This document shows, one piece after another, positions 10,995-23,907 of a DNA stretch of 64,000 bases. This DNA comes from Mesotaenium endlicherianum (taxonomy: Eukaryota). The notes under the pieces were generated by a model that worked only from the letters and a program-made list of their open reading frames with translations, did no database searches and had not been told where the DNA came from. The stretch spans positions 396,180 through 460,179 of the forward strand of contig WELA01001035.1 in assembly GCA_009602735.1 (NCBI GenBank). Reading direction: 5' to 3'. The position numbers were made by a program, and so were the translations under genes. Each line of letters starts with the position of its first letter. Position 1 is the stretch's first letter.

Positions 10995-13900
10995 TTATGG
11001 AGGGACTCCAGCGGCCCGAAGGTGGAACCGTGTCAACGCCCCTTTGGCATTGGTCAAGTGGTCCTTAAACTCCCAAGTGTCCCCAGAGGCATCGTAACCC
11101 TTCCATCGAATGAGGTATTTCATGACATATTTAGACGATCGACGGACCGAGCGAGCGTCTAAAATCTCATCGACCTCATATTCCTCAGGGTCGCCGTCCC
11201 GGACAGCGGGGACAGGTCCCGGTTGGACAGGGAACCGACCTGTGAACAGTGTATCACCTTTGATGTACGGTTCCAGGAAGGAGACATTAAAGACCGGGTG
11301 NNNNNNNNNNNNNNNNNNNNNNNNNNNNNNNNNNTAGTTTGTAAGCATTCTGACCNNNNNNNNNNNNNNNNNNNNNNNNNNNNNNNNNNNNNNNNNNGGA
11401 CCGACCCAGACAGGGCCAAGCTTTTTCTTGACCACACCAGGGAGGTACAGGTGCTGGGAATGCAGTTTGACTAAATCCCCCTTGGAAAATGTCAGTTCCC
11501 GACGGTGTTGATTAGCGTATTTCTGTTGGTTTTCTTGGGCCTTGTGCAAGTTTCGTTGGACTTCTGACAGGGTGTCAGCAAACTCTTGAGTTAATTGGAG
11601 GGAGACCGGGTTGTCAATCCGTTCAGGGTGAGTTAACANAGTTAAAGATTTCCCTAGCACATCTAGAGGAGACTTAGGGACTCTACCCAGGCTGAGTTCA
11701 AAAGGAGTCTTGCCCGTTGACGCGTGCACCGCACTGTTGACCGCAAACTGAATTTGAGGCAACAGGTCATCCCAATTATCTTGTTTTTGGTTAATATATG
11801 CTCTCAGCACCTCCTGCAGAACTCGGTTAGTTCTTTCAGTCTGCCCATCAGTCTGAGGGTGGTTTGCTGTGCTGAGCAGCTGTTTGACTCCCATTAACCC
11901 CATTAAAGCTCTCCAGAACTTAGAGGTGAATTTTGAGTCTCTGTCTGAGATGATATTAGAAGGGAGCCCATGTTGGCATACTACATGGTTGTAAAACTGT
12001 CTTGCTGTTTTCGAGTGCAGTCACTTTGACAGTTGTGGGGATAAAAATGACCACTTTTGTCAGTTTATCCACGACTACCAGTATTGAATCATGCCCATTG
12101 GCAGTTCTTGGTAGTGAGACCACCCAGTCCATGGATATAGTTTCCCAGCGTCCGGCTGGGATGGGCAGTGGTTGCAAGTAACCTCCGGGTGGTGTGTGCC
12201 GAGACTTATTTCTCTGACACTGGTCACAGGACTTGACATATTTCAAGACCTTCCGGGGTAACCCCTCCCAATGATAATGTTTTGCCAGTTTGCCAACAAT
12301 TTTGGCCNATTTTGGCCTGCCCCAAATGTTCACCCAGGAGACTGTTATGCGCTTGACTCAGTAAGAGAGACCTTATTTCCAAGTTATTAGGAATGACTAG
12401 CTTCAGCCTGCCTGAAGTGGTTTCAGTCACCCAGACCCCTCCCTTGAGCTTATACCTGAGTGCAGTAGCACGACACACACCAGTAGTGGGACTGGGCTCA
12501 AATGTTGGGTCAGAAAGGTAGGCTTTCCTAAGTTGTTCTAGGAAGGACTTTTTCACCTTTAGTGAAGTAAGTGCACATAGGACTTTATCTACGGCATGCT
12601 GACTAAAGTTCCTTTCTTGCAAGTCAGGTCTTCTAGAGAGTGCATCAGCAGGATTCAACTTCTCTGGTTTGTAGTCGATCTGGACTTGGAACTGCTCCAG
12701 CATCTGGCTCCAGCGGTTCTCCCTCCTCGACAGCTTGGACTTCTTTTGAAATTGAGTCAGAGCTAGATGATCTGTAATCACCTTAAAAGCTTTACCGTGT
12801 AAATATGCTCTCCACTGTTTGAGTACATGAATGATAGCTAGCAGCTCTTCATCATGCACTGAGTAATTAATCTCCGCTGGATTAAATTTCATAGACTCAT
12901 ACAACACAGGATGCCACTCCTGCCGTACCTTACCATCCTTTGTGGTTTCGTCAGCAGGCTGCAACAAAATAGCACCCATGGCAAAGTCAGAGGCATCAGT
13001 AACCACCTGCACCGGTTTGCTGGGGTCATACACGGCTAGCACTGGGGCAGAACAAAGGGCATCTTTAAGGGTCTGGAAGGCAGCCTGCAATTCTTCACCC
13101 CACACATACCCGATGTCTTTCTTAGAAAGGTCAGTCAGTTTACTGGCCCTCGTGGAATAATTCTCAATAAATCTCCTATAGTAGTTAGCCAACTCGAGGA
13201 AGGATCTAACTTCAGAGACAGACTGTGGTACTGGCCAGTCCCTTATGGTCTGGACTTTCTTAGGATCCACACTGATGCCCTCTTTACTGACAACGTGGCC
13301 AAAGAATTCAATACTTTCCTTAAAGAAATCACACTTGCTCATTTTAGCATACAAGTGATTTTTCCGCAGAGTGTCCAGGACTTTCTTTAAGTGTTCAGTG
13401 TGCTGAGCTTCATCTTTAGAGAAAATTAAAATATCATCCAGGAAAACTTGCACAAACTTATCCAAATAAGGTCTGAAAATGTCATTCATAGCACCCATAA
13501 AGGTAGCAGGAGCATTAGTCAGTCCAAATGGCATCACGTTGAACTCATAGTGTCCATAACGTGTGCGGAAAGCAGTCTTGTGTTCATCCCCCTCAGCAAT
13601 TCTGATTTGATGATAACCACTCTTGAGATCTATCTTACTGAACACCTTAGCGCCAGACAGGGTATCAAGCAAGTCCTCGATCCTGGGTAAAGCATACTTG
13701 TTCTTTACTGTAATTCTGTTCAGGGCTCTGTAATCCACACACATCCGCATACTGCCATCCTTTTTCTTAACAAATAGGATAGGTGCGCCGTACGGTGATT
13801 TACTGGGAGAAATGTAACCATTTTCCTCCAGCTCTGCAATCTGTGTTTTCAACTCCTCGCTCTCCAAATAAGACAAGCCATAAGTGCGTTGCCAGGGTGG

Positions 13901-14761
13901 CTGGCTACCAGGTAATAGATCAATCCTATGATCTACTTCCCTTTTAGGGGGTAGTCCTGGAGGCATGTTAAACACATCAGTGTACTGAGCAACAATTTTT
14001 GCAGCAGTAGGGTGCTCCGGAGGGCTTACCTTTTTCTCAACCACTTCTTCAGGTTGAGGAGGTACCTCTCTTAGCAGCAGACAGAACATTCTGTCTTCCT
14101 TCTGGTTCCAGCTTTTGACGAACTCCATTGCATTCAGCAACTTGCATCCTTCTGGAAGCCTCTTCTTTTCCTTCATTTGCCATCCACACAGGACAAGAGG
14201 AAGAGCACTGGTGGGTGCCAAGTCAGTCTGCCCATCACTGGCTCCTCTCACTTTAACTGTACCTCTGCTCCAACACACTTCAGCTTGATGTCTATTAAGC
14301 CAGGACCTGCCTAGCACGAGATCATAAAAGCCAGTGTTGAGTACCTCAAATGTAAGCGTTTCAGTTAGAACTGCAATGCCAGAACCTAACTGGACCTCAA
14401 TAGGCTTGGTTATAACTCCTCCCGGGATACTTGAGGCATCTCCAAGGAATATTTTTCTATTCCCTTGGGTGACAGTAGGCAGCCTTAGCCGCTTAACTAA
14501 GTCCTTGTGAATAAAAGTATGTGACGCCCCTCCGTCAACAAATGCCCTCACCTTCCTACCTGCAATCATGCAATGCAGTAGGATAGGGGGGACTGTCTTT
14601 TCCTGACTTTCGCATTGTTCTCCTGACGTAGCAAAGAAATGTTGGACATCAGGTGGAACAAGAGCATCCAGAGTGTGCACTCTCTGGACGTCTATATTAC
14701 TGATGGTCTCCTTTATCTGTTTGTCAGGCATGCATAGTGAATCCAGTTCAGCAGGACCCAT
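10995..14761 (-). pseudogene. pol: pol of element A (protease, RT, RNase H, integrase, chromodomain), split into three ORF pieces
   Basis: Near-identical to Pol B. Frameshifts occur at ~12309 (beside an N, possibly an assembly error) and ~12010 (extra base in a homopolymer). It has G>E and K>E substitutions at conserved sites and N gaps. Confidence 0.88.
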
Positions 14762-14829
14762 AATACCTGCTACGAGGGCAGCTAGTGACGACTCACTATC
14801 TCTAGCATCCTCACAGTCAGTAGACTGGA

Positions 14830-16308
14830 TTACTGACTGTTGCTGTCTTTTAAAGGCTGGTCTTTTCTCTCGACCTTAGGCAGGTGCTTGACCGGACACT
14901 GTTCTCTGTAGTGGCCTTTCTGCTGACAATGGTAGCAAGTAGATTTTGCTGAGGCTGGTCTCGGCTTAGTCCTACCACCACCCCTTCCATAGCCACCTCG
15001 AGAGGGACCACCTCTACCTCTAGACTGAATAGCATTGTACTCATACTCATATTCATCACCCTGATTATCCTCAGCCTGGTCTCCTTCAACTGCATTGTAG
15101 GAACCGTGGGGCTTTTTGACAATCTTAGACACCAAAGCGTTACTCTGGCGCTTGTGATTGAACTGCTGCTGATCCCAGGCGTCAGCATCCTGGATCAAGT
15201 CAGCCAGTTTCTCATACTTTTTCTCAGCAAAATGACCAGAGACCTCGGATTTCAAGCCATACCTGAAGTATGCTATCCTATACCGTTCTGGCAAATCAGG
15301 CTGCTTCATCATGTTCTCTTGGAACTTTTGAGCAAACTCAGCAACTGAAGTGGTCTGCTTCAGTGTCAGGGAGATCATCGCATAGATAGCTTTCTCCTGC
15401 TGGTTGATGACATCAAACTTCTCATGCAACTTCTCGACAAACTCTACCCACGTAGGGTCACCGAGTTGCCGAGCCTTACGCTCTTCCTTCCAGTAAAGCC
15501 ACCAGTCTGCGGCACTGCCTTTCAGTAGCGCACCGGTGTGCCTGACCTTCTCGTAATCTTGCAGTTCTGGGTAGTTCTCCAGCCACTGCTCAACATCCGC
15601 GAGAAACTTGATCAGGTAATATTTTCTGTTTCCCTCAGGATCATAGTCCTGGGGAGGTTTCGGCTTGGGCTTACTAGGCCCTCGGCCACCACCACTAGTG
15701 GTGTGAGACCCCAGTTGGTCTCTGTCCCGGAGTAGGGACATTATGATTCTTTTGTCCTCCTGCTGGGACTGATACATGGTCGCCATTTGCGACTGCATCT
15801 GAACGAACAATGCTCCCAAGTCTACATTTTGGGGTGGTAGATTAGCAAATGCAGCAGCAGCATTGGCATCTACTCGCTGAGTAGTGTCCTCAACAATCCC
15901 TCTTGCTCCTGCAGCAGCAATTCCTGCCGCATTCAGCCGGTCACGTATTTGACCTAGGGGTACATTGAGTTGTACGGCAGGAGGTGGGTTCAGAACATTG
16001 GCCCTTGATGCCATAAGTTCTTCAACAGTGCGCTCGTCAGCTGGCTGTCCTTCCCTCCTTTGTATATCTTCAGCGGCCTTTGCTACTTGTTCAGCTTCTA
16101 GTCTGGCTATCTCCTCCTCAGCTTGCTGAGCTGCGACTGAGGCAATAGCAGCTGCCTCATCTGCAGCCTCCCTAGCTGCAGTATCCGCTACTGCTTCCGA
16201 ATAGGTACGGTTTCCCGCTACATGGCTTTCCGCCTGGTTTTCGACATTCTCGTTATCCTGGTTCTCCATGTCTCGGGAGTTGCTAGTTTGAGACCTTGTC
16301 CTTACCAT
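14830..16308 (-). CDS. gag: Gag of element A (492 aa)
   Basis: Retrotransposon gag core (LKGSAADWW...[19 protein letters not shown]), an RGG tract and the zinc knuckle [14 protein letters not shown] (CX2CX4HX4C). Confidence 0.93.
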   Translation of the reverse strand: MVRTRSQTSNSRDMENQDNENVENQAESHVAGNRTYSEAVADTAAREAADEAAAIASVAAQQAEEEIARLEAEQVAKAAEDIQRREGQPADERTVEELMASRANVLNPPPAVQLNVPLGQIRDRLNAAGIAAAGARGIVEDTTQRVDANAAAAFANLPPQNVDLGALFVQMQSQMATMYQSQQEDKRIIMSLLRDRDQLGSHTTSGGGRGPSKPKPKPPQDYDPEGNRKYYLIKFLADVEQWLENYPELQDYEKVRHTGALLKGSAADWWLYWKEERKARQLGDPTWVEFVEKLHEKFDVINQQEKAIYAMISLTLKQTTSVAEFAQKFQENMMKQPDLPERYRIAYFRYGLKSEVSGHFAEKKYEKLADLIQDADAWDQQQFNHKRQSNALVSKIVKKPHGSYNAVEGDQAEDNQGDEYEYEYNAIQSRGRGGPSRGGYGRGGGRTKPRPASAKSTCYHCQQKGHYREQCPVKHLPKVERKDQPLKDSNSQ

Positions 16309-16323
16309 ACAAAGAAGACTGTC

Positions 16324-16338
16324 ACCCGGCTCTCACCA
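16324..16338 (-). promoter_or_regulatory. Atypical primer-binding site of element A (TGGTGAGAGCCGGGT)
   Basis: Begins with TGG 4 nt after the 5' LTR, at the same position as the iMet-type PBS in B and C. Confidence 0.55.
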
Positions 16339-16342
16339 TCTG

Positions 16343-17061
16343 TGAAATGAATCGACTTACCAAATAGGCGATTAACAATTAATAAAGATCTTTATATCAG
16401 CAAGTAATCTTTATGGTATTTCCGTTAACTAGTAAAACGGCAAAGGACAATACACTAGCAGGGAATAATACTCGTAAGTCAAATGCGAGTAAACTAGCAT
16501 CAATGATGCAAATCAGTAAACTCATACATAAGCAAGGTTAGAAGACAGTGCGAGTCAATGGCTTCTCGCCTTGGATTCAGATCTCTCTCAGTAAGCTGTA
16601 CAATAGAGTTGGCCTCGTTTCCGAATGCCGAACTCGAGAGCAATGCCTAGCATATGTACATGGAATGAGTTTACTGTTCAACGGTCAGTGCGATGGCACC
16701 GCCTACCCGGGAGTTAACCACGTTGGTAGGACCTCGGTTAACCAAATCCACCGCCATCTCCCATCATCCCGAATAGCCATCCATCATGGGGATGTCATCT
16801 GGCCATTCATCTAGCAGGTCGTACTTAGATGCATATCAAGGCAGTTCGCTGCTACCGAGCACGGAAGTCAGCTGGCTGTCAAAAAATGTGTCAGCAAGCT
16901 GACTTACGTTGACTTCAGCCTGCTGCTTTCGGCCGAGTCATTAAACTGATAATTATGTAAAGTCCAGCAGACTGATTATTAACTAAAGTTCAGCAGGCTG
17001 AACTTAATTAACTATTAGATGTAAATGAATATTATATCCACTAATATACTGATTCATTACA
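16343..17061 (-). repeat. 5' LTR of element A
   Basis: Direct repeat of 8097-8814, flanked by the TSD CGTCC. Confidence 0.95.
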
Positions 17062-17595
17062 CGTCCTTATTGTTAATATGTTGTATCCCAGGCTGCCGAA
17101 GGTGCTAAATCAAAGGTGTCCGTGACACACACTTTAGGAGCATTTATCAAGGTAGCAGTGGGTAAAAACTTCCCTAGTACTAATTGGGGGAATATCCCAT
17201 TGCCATTTTGAAAATGGTTAAGCAAAAAAGAAAAAACGTTAAGTATTTATACTTCCATATATAAAAAAGAGAGACGGAGAGAGCTTATGCCCTAAGGGTC
17301 AAATATATAACAATGTGAAGGCCTGGTGTCCGGGTTGAAATGCTAAGTGTTTTTCCTTGTGAGGAGGAAGACTCGGCCGTGATGGCTGGTATGTTGCTTG
17401 GGGAGTGAGATGAGGTTGAACGCACTATAGATCTGATTTGGTGGAAAAAAGAGAGTCAAGCAGAGACTCAAATTTGGGGAGCTTGCGAGATCAATCCTAT
17501 TCTACTTCACTTAAAGGCGCATGAGAAATTCAAGAAGAAGAAACGTGATTTTCATTTGAGTAACTACTGTAGACATACAAATTCAAGTGCCGGGT

Positions 17596-18317
17596 TGTAA
17601 TGAATCATTATATTGGTTGACATAATAGTCATTTAAATAATATAGTTAAATAAGTTCAGCCTGCTAAACTCTAGTTAATAATCAGTCTGCTGAACTTCAT
17701 ATTTCACATCAGTTCAATGACTCGGTCGGAAGTAGCAGGCTGATGTCACCTTAAGTCAGCTTGCTGACACATTCTTTGACAGCCAGCTGATTTCCGTACT
17801 CGGTAGCAGCGAACTGCCTCGATATGCATGTAAGTGTGGTATGCTAGATGAATGGCCAGATGACATCCCTATGATGGATGGCGATTCGGGATGATGGGAG
17901 ATGGCGGTGGATTTGGTTAACCGAGGTCCTACCAACGTGGTTAACTCCCGGGTAGGCGGTGCCATCGCACTGACCGTTGAACAGTAAACTCATTCCATGT
18001 ACATATGCTAGGCATTGCTCTCGAGTTCGGCATTCGGAAACGAGGCCAACTCTCTTGTACAGCTTACTGAGAGAGATCTGAATCCAAGGCGAGAAGCCAT
18101 TGACTCGCACTGTCTTCTAACCTTGCTTATGTATGAGTTTACTGATTTGCATAATTGATGCTAGTTTACTTGCATTTGACTTACGAGTATTATTCACTGC
18201 TAGTGTGTTGTCCTTTGCCGATTTAACCAGTTAACGGAAAATACCATAAAGATTACTTGCTGATATAAAGATCTTTATTAATTGTTAACCGCCTATTTGG
18301 TAAGTCGATTCATTTCA
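17596..18317 (+). repeat. 5' LTR of element B
   Basis: TGTAATGAATC...GATTCATTTCA, 722 bp. Confidence 0.95.
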
Positions 18318-18318
18318 G

Positions 18319-18330
18319 TGGTATCGGAGC
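18319..18330 (+). promoter_or_regulatory. Primer-binding site, initiator tRNA-Met type (TGGTATCGGAGC)
   Basis: Lies 1 nt after the LTR and matches the canonical plant iMet PBS TGGTATCAGAGC at 11/12 positions; the mismatch allows G:U. The same sequence is in C at 40058-40069. Confidence 0.85.
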
Positions 18331-18351
18331 AGTTATCACAGTCTTCTTTGT

Positions 18352-19830
18352 ATGGTAAGGACAAGGTCTCAAACTAGCGACTCCCGAGACATGGAGAACC
18401 AGGATAACGAAAATGTCAAAAACCAGGCGGAAAGCCATGTAGCGGGGAACCGTACCTATTCGGAAGCAGTAGCGGATACTGCAGCTAGGGAGGCAGCAGA
18501 TGAGGCAGCTGCTATTGCCGCAGCCGCAGCACAGCAAGCTGAGGAGGAGAGAGCCAGGCTAGAAGCTGAACAATTAGCAAAGGCGGATGAAGATACAGAA
18601 AGGAGGGAAGGACAGCTAGCTGACGAGCACACTGTTGAAGAACTTATGGCATCAAGGGCCAATGTTCTGAATCCACCTCCTGCTATACAACTCAAGGTAC
18701 CCCTAGGTCAAATACGTGACCGGCTGAATGCGGCAGGAATTGCTGCTGCAGGAGCGAAAGGGATTATTGAGGACACTACTCAGCGAGTAGAAGCCAATGC
18801 TGCTGCTGCATTTGCTAATCTACCACCCCAGAGTGTAGACTTGGGAGCATTGTTCGTTCAAATGCAGTCGCAAATGGCGACCATGTATCAGTCCCAACAG
18901 GAGGACAAAAGAATCATAATGTCTCTACTGCAAGACAGAGACCAACTGGGGTCTCAAACCACTAGTGGTGGTGGCCGAGGGCCTAGTAAGCCCAAGCCGA
19001 AACCTCTCCAGGAATATGATCCTGAGGGAAACAGAAAATATTACCTGATCAAGTTTCTCGCGGATGTTGAGCAGTGGCTGGAGAACTACCCAGAACTGCA
19101 AGATTACGAGAAGGTCAGGCACACCGGTGCGCTACTGAAAGGCAGTGCCGCAGACTGGTGGCTTTACTGGAAAGAAGAGCGTAAGGCTCGGCAACTCGGT
19201 GACCCTACGTGGGTAGAGTTTGTCGAGAAGTTGCATGAGAGGTTTGATGTCATCAACCAGCAGGAGAAAGCTATCTATGCGATGATCTCCCTGACACTGA
19301 AGCAGACCACTTCAGTTGCTGAGTTTGCTCAAAAGTTCCAGGAGAACACGATGAAGCAGCCAGACTTGCCAGAACGGTATAGGATAGCATACTTCAGGTA
19401 TACCTTGAAATTCGAAGTCTCAGGTCATTTCGCTGAGAAGAAGTATGAGAAACTGGCTGACTTGATCCAGGATGCTGACGCCTGGGATCTGCAGCAGTTC
19501 AATCACAAGCGCCAGAGTAATGCTTTGGTGTCTAAGATTGTCAAAAAGCCCCACGGTTCCTACAATGCAAATGGAGGAGACCAGGCTGAGGATAATCAGG
19601 GTGATGAATATGAGTATGAGTACAATGCTATTCAGTCTAGAGGTAGAGGTGGTTCCTCTTGAGGTGGCTATGGGAGGGGTGATGGTAGCACTAAGCCGAG
19701 ACCAGCCTCAGCAAAATCGATTTGCTTTCATTGCCAGCAGCCAGGTCACTTCAGAGAGCAGTGTCCGGTCAAGCACCTGCCTAAGGTCAAGAGAAAAGAC
19801 CAGCCTTTAAAAGACAGCAACAGTCAGTAA
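18352..19830 (+). pseudogene. gag: gag of element B with a premature TGA at 19660-19662
   Basis: Near-identical to Gag A. CGA in A is TGA in B. The frame continues through the zinc knuckle CFHCQQPGHFREQC to the true stop TAA at 19828-19830. Confidence 0.9.
19806..19812 (+). promoter_or_regulatory. Predicted -1 ribosomal frameshift slippery site U_UUA_AAA at the gag/pol overlap
   Basis: The gag frame reads CCT TTA AAA. The pol frame is -1 and is open from 19785 to 23615. The same heptamer is in A at 14848-14854 (-). Confidence 0.75.
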
Positions 19831-19898
19831 TCCAGTCTACTGACTGTGAGGATGCTAGAGATAGTGAGTCGTCACTAGCTGCCCTCGTAGCAGGTATT

Positions 19899-22800
19899 AT
19901 GGGTCCTGCTGAACTGGATTCACTATGCATGCCTGACAACCAGATAAAGGAGACCATCAGCAATATAGACGTCCAGAGAGTGCACACTCTGGATGCTCTT
20001 GTTCCACCTGATGTCCAACATTTCTTTGCTACGTCAGGAGAACAATGCGAAAGTCAGGAAAAGACAGTCCCCCCTATCCTACTGCATTGCATGATTGCAG
20101 GTAGGAAGGTGAGGGCATTTGTTGACGGAGGGGCGTCACATACTTTTATCCACAAGGACTTAGTTAAGCGGCTAAGGCTGCCTACTGTCACCCAAGGGAA
20201 TAGAAAAATATTCCTTGGAGATGCCTCAAGTATCCCGGGAGGAGTTATAACCAAGCCTATTGAGGTCCAGTTAGGTTCTGGCATTGCAGTTCTAACTGAA
20301 ACGCTTACATTTGAGGTACTCAACACTGGCTTTTATGATCTCGTGCTAGGCAGGTCCTGGCTTAATAGACATCAAGCTGAAGTGTGTTGGAGCAGAGGTA
20401 CAGTTAAAGTGAGAGGAGCCAGTGATGGGCAGACTGACTTGGCACCCACCAGTGCTCTTCCTCTTGTCCTGTGTGGATGGCAAATGAAGGAAAAGAAGAG
20501 GCTTCCAGAAGGATGCAAGTTGCTGAATGCAATGGAGTTCGTCAAAAGCTGGAACCAGAAGGAAGACAGAATGTTCTGTCTGCTGCTAAGAGAGGTACCT
20601 CCTCAACCTGAAGAAGTGGTTGAGAAAAAGGTACACCCTCCGGAACACCCTACTGCTGCAAACATTGTTGCTCAGTACACGGATGTGTTTAATATGCCTC
20701 CAGGACTACCCCCTAAGCGGGAAGTAGATCATAGGATTGATTTATTACCTGGTAGCCAGCCACCCTGGCAACGCACGTATGGCTTGTCTTATTTGGAGAG
20801 TGAGGAGTTGAAAACACAGATTGCAGAGCTGGAGGAAAATGGTTACATTTCTCCCAGTAAATCACCGTACGGCGCACCTATCCTATTTGTTAAGAAAAAG
20901 GATGGCAGTATGCGGATGTGTGTGGATTACAGAGCCCTGAACAGAATTACAGTAAAGAACAAGTATGCTTTACCCAGAATCGAGGACTTGCTTGATACCC
21001 TGTCTGGCGCTAAGGTGTTCAGTAAGATAGATCTCAAGAGTGGTTATCATCAAATCAGAATTGCTGAGGGGGATGAACACAAGACTGCTTTCCGCACACG
21101 TTATGGACACTATGAGTTCAACGTGATGCCATTTGGACTGACTAATGCTCCTGCTACCTTTATGGGTGCTATGAATGACATTTTCAGACCTTATTTGGAT
21201 AAGTTTGTGCAAGTTTTCCTGGATGATATTTTAATTTTCTCTAAAGATGAAGCTCAGCACACTGAACACTTAAAGAAAGTGCTGGACACTCTGCGGAAAA
21301 ATCACTTGTATGCTAAAATGAGCAAGTGTGATTTCTTTAAGGAAAGTATTGAATTCTTAGGCCACGTTGTCAGTAAAGAGGGCATCAGTGTGGATCCTAA
21401 GAAAGTCCAGACCATAAGGGACTGGCCAGTACCACAGTCTGTCTCTGAAGTTAGATCCTTCCTCGGGTTGGCTAACTACTATAGGAGATTTATTGAGAAT
21501 TATTCCACAAAGGCCAGTAAACTGACTGACCTTACTAAGAAAGACATCGGGTATGTGTGGGGGGAAGAGCAGCAGGCTGCCTTCCAGACCCTTAAAGATG
21601 CCCTTTGTTCTGCCCCAGTGCTAGCCGTGTATGACCCCAGCAAACCGGTGCAGGTGGTTACTGATGCCTCTGATTTTGCCATGGGTGCTATTTTGTTGCA
21701 GCCTGCTGACAAAACCACAAAGGATGGTAAGGTACGGCAGGAGTGGCATCCTGTGTTGTATGAGTCTATGAAATTTAATCCAGCGGAGATTAATTACTCA
21801 GTGCATGATAAAGAGCTGCTAGCTATCATTCATGTACTCAAACAGTGGAGAGCATACTTACATGGTAAAGCTTTTAAGGTGATTACAGATCATCTAGCTC
21901 TGACCCACTTTCAGAAGAAGTCCAAGCTGTCGAGGAGGGAGAACCGCTGGAGCCAGATGCTGGAGCAGTTCCAAGTCCAGATCGACTACAAACCAGGGAA
22001 GTTGAATCCTGCTGATGCACTCTCTAGAAGACCTGACTTGCAAGAAAGGAACTTTAGTCAGCATGCTGTAGATAAAGTCCTGTGTGCACTCACTTCACTA
22101 AAGGTGAAAAAGTCCTTCCTTGAACAACTTAGGAAAGCCTACCTTTCTGACCCAACATTTGAGCCCAGCCCCACTACTGGTATGTGTCGTGCTACCGCAC
22201 TCGGGTATAAGCTCAAGGGAGGGGTCTGGGTGACTGAAACCACTTCAGGCAGGCTGAAGCTGGTCATTCCTAATAATTTGGAAATAAGGTCTCTCTTACT
22301 GAGTCAAGCTCATGACAGTCTCCTGGGTGGACATTTGGGGCAGGCCAAAACTGTTGGCAAACTGGCAAAACATTATCATTGGGAGGGGTTACCCCGGGAG
22401 GTCTTGAAATATGTCAAGTCCTGTGACCAGTGTCAGAGAAATAAGTCTCGGCACACACCACCCGGAGGTCTCTTGCAACCGCTACCCATCCCAGCGGGAC
22501 GCTGGGAAACTATATCCATGGACTGGGTGGTCTCACTACCAAGAACTGCCAACGGGCATGATTCAATACTGGTAGTCGTGGATAAACTGACAAAAATGGT
22601 CATTTTTATCCCCACAACTGTCAAAGTGACTGCACTCGAAACAGCGAGACAGTTTTACAACCATGTAGTATGCCAACATGGGCTCCCTTCTAATATCATC
22701 TCAGACAGAGACTCAAAATTCACCTCTAAGTTCTGGAGAGCTTTAATGGGGTTAATGGGAGTCAAACAGCTGCTCAGCACAGCAAACCACCCTCAGACTG

Positions 22801-23615
22801 ATGGGCAGACTGAAAGAACTAACCGAGTTCTGCAGGAGGTGCTGAGAGCATATATTAACCAAAAACAAGATAATTGGGATGACCTGTTGCCTCAAATTCA
22901 GTTTGCGGTCAACAGTGCGGTGCACGCGTCAACGGGCAAAACTCCTTTTGAACTCAGCCTGGGTAGAGTCCCTAAGTCTCCTCTAGATGTGCTAGGGGAA
23001 TCTTTAACTCACCCTGAAGGGATTGACAACCCGGTCTCCCTCCAGTTAACTCAGGAGTTTGCTGACACCCTGTCAGAAGTCCAACGAAACTTGCACACGG
23101 CCCAAGAAAACCAACAAAAATACGCTAATCAACACCGTCGGGAACTGACATTTTCCAAGGGGGATTTAGTCAAACTGCATTCTCAGCACCTGTACCTCCC
23201 TGGTGTGGTCAAGAAAAAGCTTGGCCCTGTCTGGGTCGGTCCATATTCGGTGGTCCGTCGTGTCGGTCAGAATGCTTACAAACTGAACATGTCAGCTGAC
23301 TACAAGGGTCACCCGGTCTTTAATGTCTCCTTCCTGGAACCATACATCAAAGGTGATACACTGTTCACAGGTCGGTTACCTGTCCAACCGGGACCGGTCC
23401 CCGCTGTCCGGGACGGCGATCCTGAGGAATATGAGGTCGATGAGATTTTAGACGCTCGCTCGGTCCGTCGATCGTCTAAATATGTCATGAAGTACCTCAT
23501 CCGATGGAAGGGTTACGATGCCTCTGGGGACACTTGGGAATTTAAAGACCAGCTGACCAATGCCAAAGGGGCGTTGAAACGGTTCCACCTTCGGGCGGCT
23601 GGGGCACCTCCCTAA
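19899..23615 (+). CDS. pol: Pol polyprotein: aspartic protease, reverse transcriptase, RNase H, integrase, chromodomain (frame open from 19785)
   Basis: Protease [24 protein letters not shown] and FLDDIL; RNase H TDASD and KELLAI; integrase H-X6-H...CDQC, DDE core (SMDWV, SDRD, GQTER) and GPY motif; chromodomain EEYEVDEIL...YLIRWKGY...DTWE. Confidence 0.97.
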   Translation: MGPAELDSLCMPDNQIKETISNIDVQRVHTLDALVPPDVQHFFATSGEQCESQEKTVPPILLHCMIAGRKVRAFVDGGASHTFIHKDLVKRLRLPTVTQGNRKIFLGDASSIPGGVITKPIEVQLGSGIAVLTETLTFEVLNTGFYDLVLGRSWLNRHQAEVCWSRGTVKVRGASDGQTDLAPTSALPLVLCGWQMKEKKRLPEGCKLLNAMEFVKSWNQKEDRMFCLLLREVPPQPEEVVEKKVHPPEHPTAANIVAQYTDVFNMPPGLPPKREVDHRIDLLPGSQPPWQRTYGLSYLESEELKTQIAELEENGYISPSKSPYGAPILFVKKKDGSMRMCVDYRALNRITVKNKYALPRIEDLLDTLSGAKVFSKIDLKSGYHQIRIAEGDEHKTAFRTRYGHYEFNVMPFGLTNAPATFMGAMNDIFRPYLDKFVQVFLDDILIFSKDEAQHTEHLKKVLDTLRKNHLYAKMSKCDFFKESIEFLGHVVSKEGISVDPKKVQTIRDWPVPQSVSEVRSFLGLANYYRRFIENYSTKASKLTDLTKKDIGYVWGEEQQAAFQTLKDALCSAPVLAVYDPSKPVQVVTDASDFAMGAILLQPADKTTKDGKVRQEWHPVLYESMKFNPAEINYSVHDKELLAIIHVLKQWRAYLHGKAFKVITDHLALTHFQKKSKLSRRENRWSQMLEQFQVQIDYKPGKLNPADALSRRPDLQERNFSQHAVDKVLCALTSLKVKKSFLEQLRKAYLSDPTFEPSPTTGMCRATALGYKLKGGVWVTETTSGRLKLVIPNNLEIRSLLLSQAHDSLLGGHLGQAKTVGKLAKHYHWEGLPREVLKYVKSCDQCQRNKSRHTPPGGLLQPLPIPAGRWETISMDWVVSLPRTANGHDSILVVVDKLTKMVIFIPTTVKVTALETARQFYNHVVCQHGLPSNIISDRDSKFTSKFWRALMGLMGVKQLLSTANHPQTDGQTERTNRVLQEVLRAYINQKQDNWDDLLPQIQFAVNSAVHASTGKTPFELSLGRVPKSPLDVLGESLTHPEGIDNPVSLQLTQEFADTLSEVQRNLHTAQENQQKYANQHRRELTFSKGDLVKLHSQHLYLPGVVKKKLGPVWVGPYSVVRRVGQNAYKLNMSADYKGHPVFNVSFLEPYIKGDTLFTGRLPVQPGPVPAVRDGDPEEYEVDEILDARSVRRSSKYVMKYLIRWKGYDASGDTWEFKDQLTNAKGALKRFHLRAAGAPP

Positions 23616-23907
23616 CAGTCATTTCAGTTGACACGGGAAGGTGACAGGAGGTCCTGTCTCCATATAAGTTGGAGGGGGATGTGACAGTTAGTGACAGTTG
23701 TGACAGGCAGCCCACCTTTAAAATTAAGTTGGAGGGAGTGGTATTCTCTGATCACCATATTACACACTCAACCTGCGCTCACACTCACTTGCTCTCTAAC
23801 TCAATTTTCCCTTATATTCACTCACACCAGGTATTCCACACTAGGAACTCTCCCGATCGCGTTCCTCTTCATCAAGGGCACTCAGTAGCGGCAAAATATC
23901 ATGACTT

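Larger units (their letters stand above)
8097..17061 (-). mobile_element. Ty3/gypsy chromovirus LTR retrotransposon, copy A (full length, pol damaged)
   Basis: Two ~718-bp LTRs with TG...CA ends, a perfect 5-bp TSD CGTCC (8092-8096 and 17062-17066), a PPT next to the 3' LTR, and the order gag-pol(PR-RT-RH-IN-CHD)-ORF3. Confidence 0.96.
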
